Positions 61,250 through 64,000 of a stretch of DNA of 64,000 nucleotides are shown here, in pieces; within the stretch, counting starts at the first letter, position 1; each line of letters opens with the position of its first letter. The position numbers and the translations under genes were made by a program. Below the pieces are notes generated by a model that was not told where the DNA came from, searched no databases, and saw nothing but the letters and a program-made list of their open reading frames with translations. Source of the stretch: Streptosporangiales bacterium (GTDB taxonomy: Bacteria; Actinomycetota; Actinomycetes; Streptosporangiales; WHST01); contig WHTA01000023.1 of NCBI GenBank assembly GCA_009379825.1, positions 892 to 64,891 of the forward strand, given 5' to 3'.

Positions 61250-62998
61250 TCAGAACCTGGCCGGCTCGCGATACTCGCCCCATTCAGCCCGGAGGGCGTC
61301 GCAGATCTCACCGAGCGTCGCCTCCACCCGGGCCGCCGCGAGCATCGGCGGGATCAGGTTCCCCGAGCCGCGCGCCGCCTCCACCAGGTCCGCGAGCGCC
61401 CGGTCGACGGCCGCCCGGTCCCGGTCCGCCCGCCGCTGCTCGAGGACGCGCTTCTGCTCCACCTCGACCTCGTGGCTGATCCGCAGGATCTCGAGCGGCG
61501 GAGTGACGGAGTCGGTGTGGCAGTTCACGCCGACGATCTTCTTGTCGCCCTTCTCCAGCTTCTGCTGGTACTCGAACGCCGCGTCGGCAATCTCGCCGGT
61601 GAACCAGCCTTCCTCGATGCCGCGCAGGATCCCCGCGGTCATCTCGCCGTACGTCTCGATGGCCGTGGTGTCGTGGGCGCCGAGCTGCTTGATCCGGTCG
61701 AAGATGTCCTCGGCCTCGCGCTCGATCTTGTCGGTGAGCGCCTCGACGTACCAAGAGCCGCCCAGCGGGTCGACGACGTTCGTGACGCCGGTCTCCTCCT
61801 GGATCACCTGCTGCGTACGCAGCGCGATCTCGGCCGCCTGCTCGGTGGGCAGTGCGAGCGTCTCGTCCAGCGCGTTCGTGTGCAGCGAGTTCGTGCCGCC
61901 GAGCACGGCGGCCAGCGCCTGCGTGGCGGTACGGACGACGTTGTTGTACGGCTGCTGCGCGGTCAGCGAGACCCCCGCCGTCTGGGTGTGGAACCGCAGC
62001 CACTGCGCGCGCTCGGTCTTCGCGCCGTAGACGTCGCGCATCCACCGCGCCCAGATCCGCCGCGCGGCGCGGAACTTGGCGATCTCCTCGAAGAAGTCGA
62101 GGTGGCTGTCGAAGAAGAACGACAGCCCAGGCGCGAACGTCTCGATGTCCAGCCCCTGCGAGAGGCCGAGCTCGACGTAGCCGAAGCCGTCCGCCAGGGT
62201 GAACGCGAGCTCCTGCGCGGCGGTGGAACCCGCTTCCCTGATGTGGTAGCCGGACACCGAGAGCGGCTTGTAGCGCGGGATGTCCGTGGCGCAGTACGCC
62301 ATCAGGTCACCGATCAGCCGCAGGTGCGGCTCCGGCGGGAACAGCCACTCCTTCTGCGCGATGTACTCCTTGAAGATGTCGGTCTGCAGGGTGCCGTCGA
62401 GCGTGTGGATATCCGCGCCCTGTCGCTCCGCGGCCACCACGTACATGCAGAAGATCGGCACCGCGGGGCCGCTGATGGTCATCGACGTGGTCACCTCGCC
62501 GAGCGGGATGCCGTCGAACAGCACGTCCATGTCCGCGGCGGAGTCGATCGCCACCCCGCAGTGGCCGACCTCGCCGAGCGACTTCGGGTCGTCGGAGTCG
62601 CGGCCCATCAGCGTCGGCATGTCGAACGCCACCGAGAGGCCGCCGCCACCGGAGCGCAGGATCATCTTGTAGCGCTCGTTGGTCTGCTCCGCGTTGCCGA
62701 ACCCGGCGAACTGCCTGATCGTCCACGGCCGGCCGCGGTACCCGGACGCGTAGAGCCCGCGGGTGAACGGGAACTCCCCCGGCCAGCCGATGCGGTCGAA
62801 GTCCGCGACCTCGTCGCCGGCCGCCGGCCCGTAGACCGGCTCCACCTCGGTACCGGAGAGCGTGGTGAAGTCCGCGTCGCGCGGCGGGCGCGCGGCGTAC
62901 CGCTCCCGCCAGCGCTGGTAGCCGGCCTCGGTCTCGCGCGCGTTCACATCGGCCTCCAGGTCCTTGGGGCGCCTCTCCTCCGATTGTAGGACGTCCAA
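61250..62998 (-). CDS. Acyl-CoA mutase large (substrate-binding TIM-barrel) subunit, isobutyryl-CoA-mutase-like signature
   Basis: 582 aa. [24 protein letters not shown] and [16 protein letters not shown] carry Phe/Gln where methylmalonyl-CoA mutase has Tyr/Arg. The protein ends before any B12-binding domain. Confidence 0.85.
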   Translation of the reverse strand: MDVLQSEERRPKDLEADVNARETEAGYQRWRERYAARPPRDADFTTLSGTEVEPVYGPAAGDEVADFDRIGWPGEFPFTRGLYASGYRGRPWTIRQFAGFGNAEQTNERYKMILRSGGGGLSVAFDMPTLMGRDSDDPKSLGEVGHCGVAIDSAADMDVLFDGIPLGEVTTSMTISGPAVPIFCMYVVAAERQGADIHTLDGTLQTDIFKEYIAQKEWLFPPEPHLRLIGDLMAYCATDIPRYKPLSVSGYHIREAGSTAAQELAFTLADGFGYVELGLSQGLDIETFAPGLSFFFDSHLDFFEEIAKFRAARRIWARWMRDVYGAKTERAQWLRFHTQTAGVSLTAQQPYNNVVRTATQALAAVLGGTNSLHTNALDETLALPTEQAAEIALRTQQVIQEETGVTNVVDPLGGSWYVEALTDKIEREAEDIFDRIKQLGAHDTTAIETYGEMTAGILRGIEEGWFTGEIADAAFEYQQKLEKGDKKIVGVNCHTDSVTPPLEILRISHEVEVEQKRVLEQRRADRDRAAVDRALADLVEAARGSGNLIPPMLAAARVEATLGEICDALRAEWGEYREPARF

Positions 62999-63043
62999 CT
63001 AAATTCTGGCGACCGTGGCCCGCCATAGGCGCCTGACGTGCGC

Positions 63044-64000
63044 CTACTCGATGGCGGACTTCCACCAGGGGGTCTCGACGAACCCCCGCTTGAAGGTGAC
63101 CAGCTCGATCCTGGCCGACCAGTCGCGTACGCCCTCCAGCCGGCCCAGGGTGTGCGTCATGAACTCGAAGACGTCCTCCCGCTGCGGCAGGATGATCTCG
63201 CAGAACAGCGAGTTCCTGCCCAGCATGGAGGCGAGGAACCGCACGCCGCGGTACGCGGCGAGCTCCTTCGCCACCGCGTCCACCCGGCCCGGGTCGACCC
63301 CGACGTCGAGGATGATCTCCGACTCGAACCCGATCGCGGCGGCGGGCACGAGGGTCAGCAGCCACACGCAGCCGCGGCTGTGCATCGCCTCGAACCGCCG
63401 GCGTGCGGTGCTCTCGTTCACCCCCACGCCGCTGGCGATCGCGCGGAAGCTGACCCGCCCGTCGTCGCGCATCCGCTCGATGATCGCCCGGTCGACCTCG
63501 TCCAGGTGCGACGGGTCGCACTCGTGCGGCTCGTCGCCGGAGTACACGTACGGCTCGCCGGTGACCAGCTGCCTGCTCCAGTCGTGCGACACCTTGTAGG
63601 TGTGCAGCATGACGTCGGTATCGCAGCGCAGCACGCCGTCGGTCCCCAGGATCTCCCCGACCAGCCGGTTCGACAGCGACTCGTCCTTGCGTACGGCGAG
63701 CTCGGCGAGCACGTCCCACTCGCCGGTGACGACGGACACCAGCCTGGTGTCCGGGCGCAACATCAGCTCGCGCGCCACCTTCGTCTGAGCGCCCGGGCTG
63801 CACTGCAGCCGCAGCAGGTACAGGCTCGCCGGGCCGGCGTGGTTCACCGCGGGCACAACGGCGACCTTCACGACGCCGTCGTCGAGCAGCCGCTGCCCGC
63901 GGCGGGCAACGGTCGTCACCGACGTGTCGGCCAGCGTCGCGATGTCGGTCCAGCTGGCCCTGCCGTCACTCTGCAGCGCCGCGACGATCTTCCGGTCGAG
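63044..64000 (-). CDS. Lrp/AsnC-family regulator with two tandem Lrp modules (5' end beyond window)
   Basis: ORF 63044..63919 continues upstream without a stop. Manual translation of 63920-64000 gives LDRKIVAALQSDGRASWTDIATLADTSV (HTH). A second HTH, LDEVDRAIIERMRDDGRVSFRAIASGVGVNESTARRR, lies mid-protein. Confidence 0.8.
   Translation of the reverse strand, partial: LDRKIVAALQSDGRASWTDIATLADTSVTTVARRGQRLLDDGVVKVAVVPAVNHAGPASLYLLRLQCSPGAQTKVARELMLRPDTRLVSVVTGEWDVLAELAVRKDESLSNRLVGEILGTDGVLRCDTDVMLHTYKVSHDWSRQLVTGEPYVYSGDEPHECDPSHLDEVDRAIIERMRDDGRVSFRAIASGVGVNESTARRRFEAMHSRGCVWLLTLVPAAAIGFESEIILDVGVDPGRVDAVAKELAAYRGVRFLASMLGRNSLFCEIILPQREDVFEFMTHTLGRLEGVRDWSARIELVTFKRGFVETPWWKSAIE

Overview
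Very GC-rich, densely coding chromosomal segment, with G/C dominating third codon positions; gene content and order look actinobacterial. I support about 55 genes. I found no rRNA, tRNA, CRISPR array, transposase, integrase or phage gene. Most long ORFs in the track are antisense or out-of-frame shadow ORFs, or upstream extensions with no in-frame stop; I trimmed starts by hand using conserved N-termini, Shine-Dalgarno motifs and stop/start overlaps. Left to right: tex (partial), MBL hydrolase, ligA, MetE-like protein, GH13 alpha-glucosidase, secreted DPBB+SH3 protein, HAD-mnmA-cysteine desulfurase, etfBA and an EI24-like membrane protein. Next come two CUT1-type sugar ABC loci flanking a DeoR regulator; the first carries two tandem MalK-like ATPases plus an FGGY kinase and a class II aldolase. 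Then: an acyltransferase / 2x methyltransferase / enoyl-CoA hydratase operon, actP-DUF485, HpaB-family monooxygenase with MarR, VOC protein, a stand-alone GyrB-like GHKL fragment, and GntR + cytoplasmic GGT + Dpp/Gsi-type peptide ABC importer. The right end holds a 75-83 bp tandem repeat array, the canonical glgP / glgE-treS-mak-glgB alpha-glucan cluster, an aldehyde dehydrogenase, a P450, a thioredoxin/TPR protein, an ICM-like acyl-CoA mutase large subunit and an Lrp/AsnC regulator (partial). I do not see a convincing new multi-gene system. The most unusual signals are five disrupted genes (two in-frame TAGs, three frameshifts, one 5' truncation), three of them at short tandem duplications or direct repeats. 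Also unusual are a permease split exactly at TAG|ATG, the repeat array that re-copies the 3' end of a small ORF and half of a terminator, and the dual-ATPase sugar locus. All functional calls rest on motif and family recognition by eye, not on database searches.
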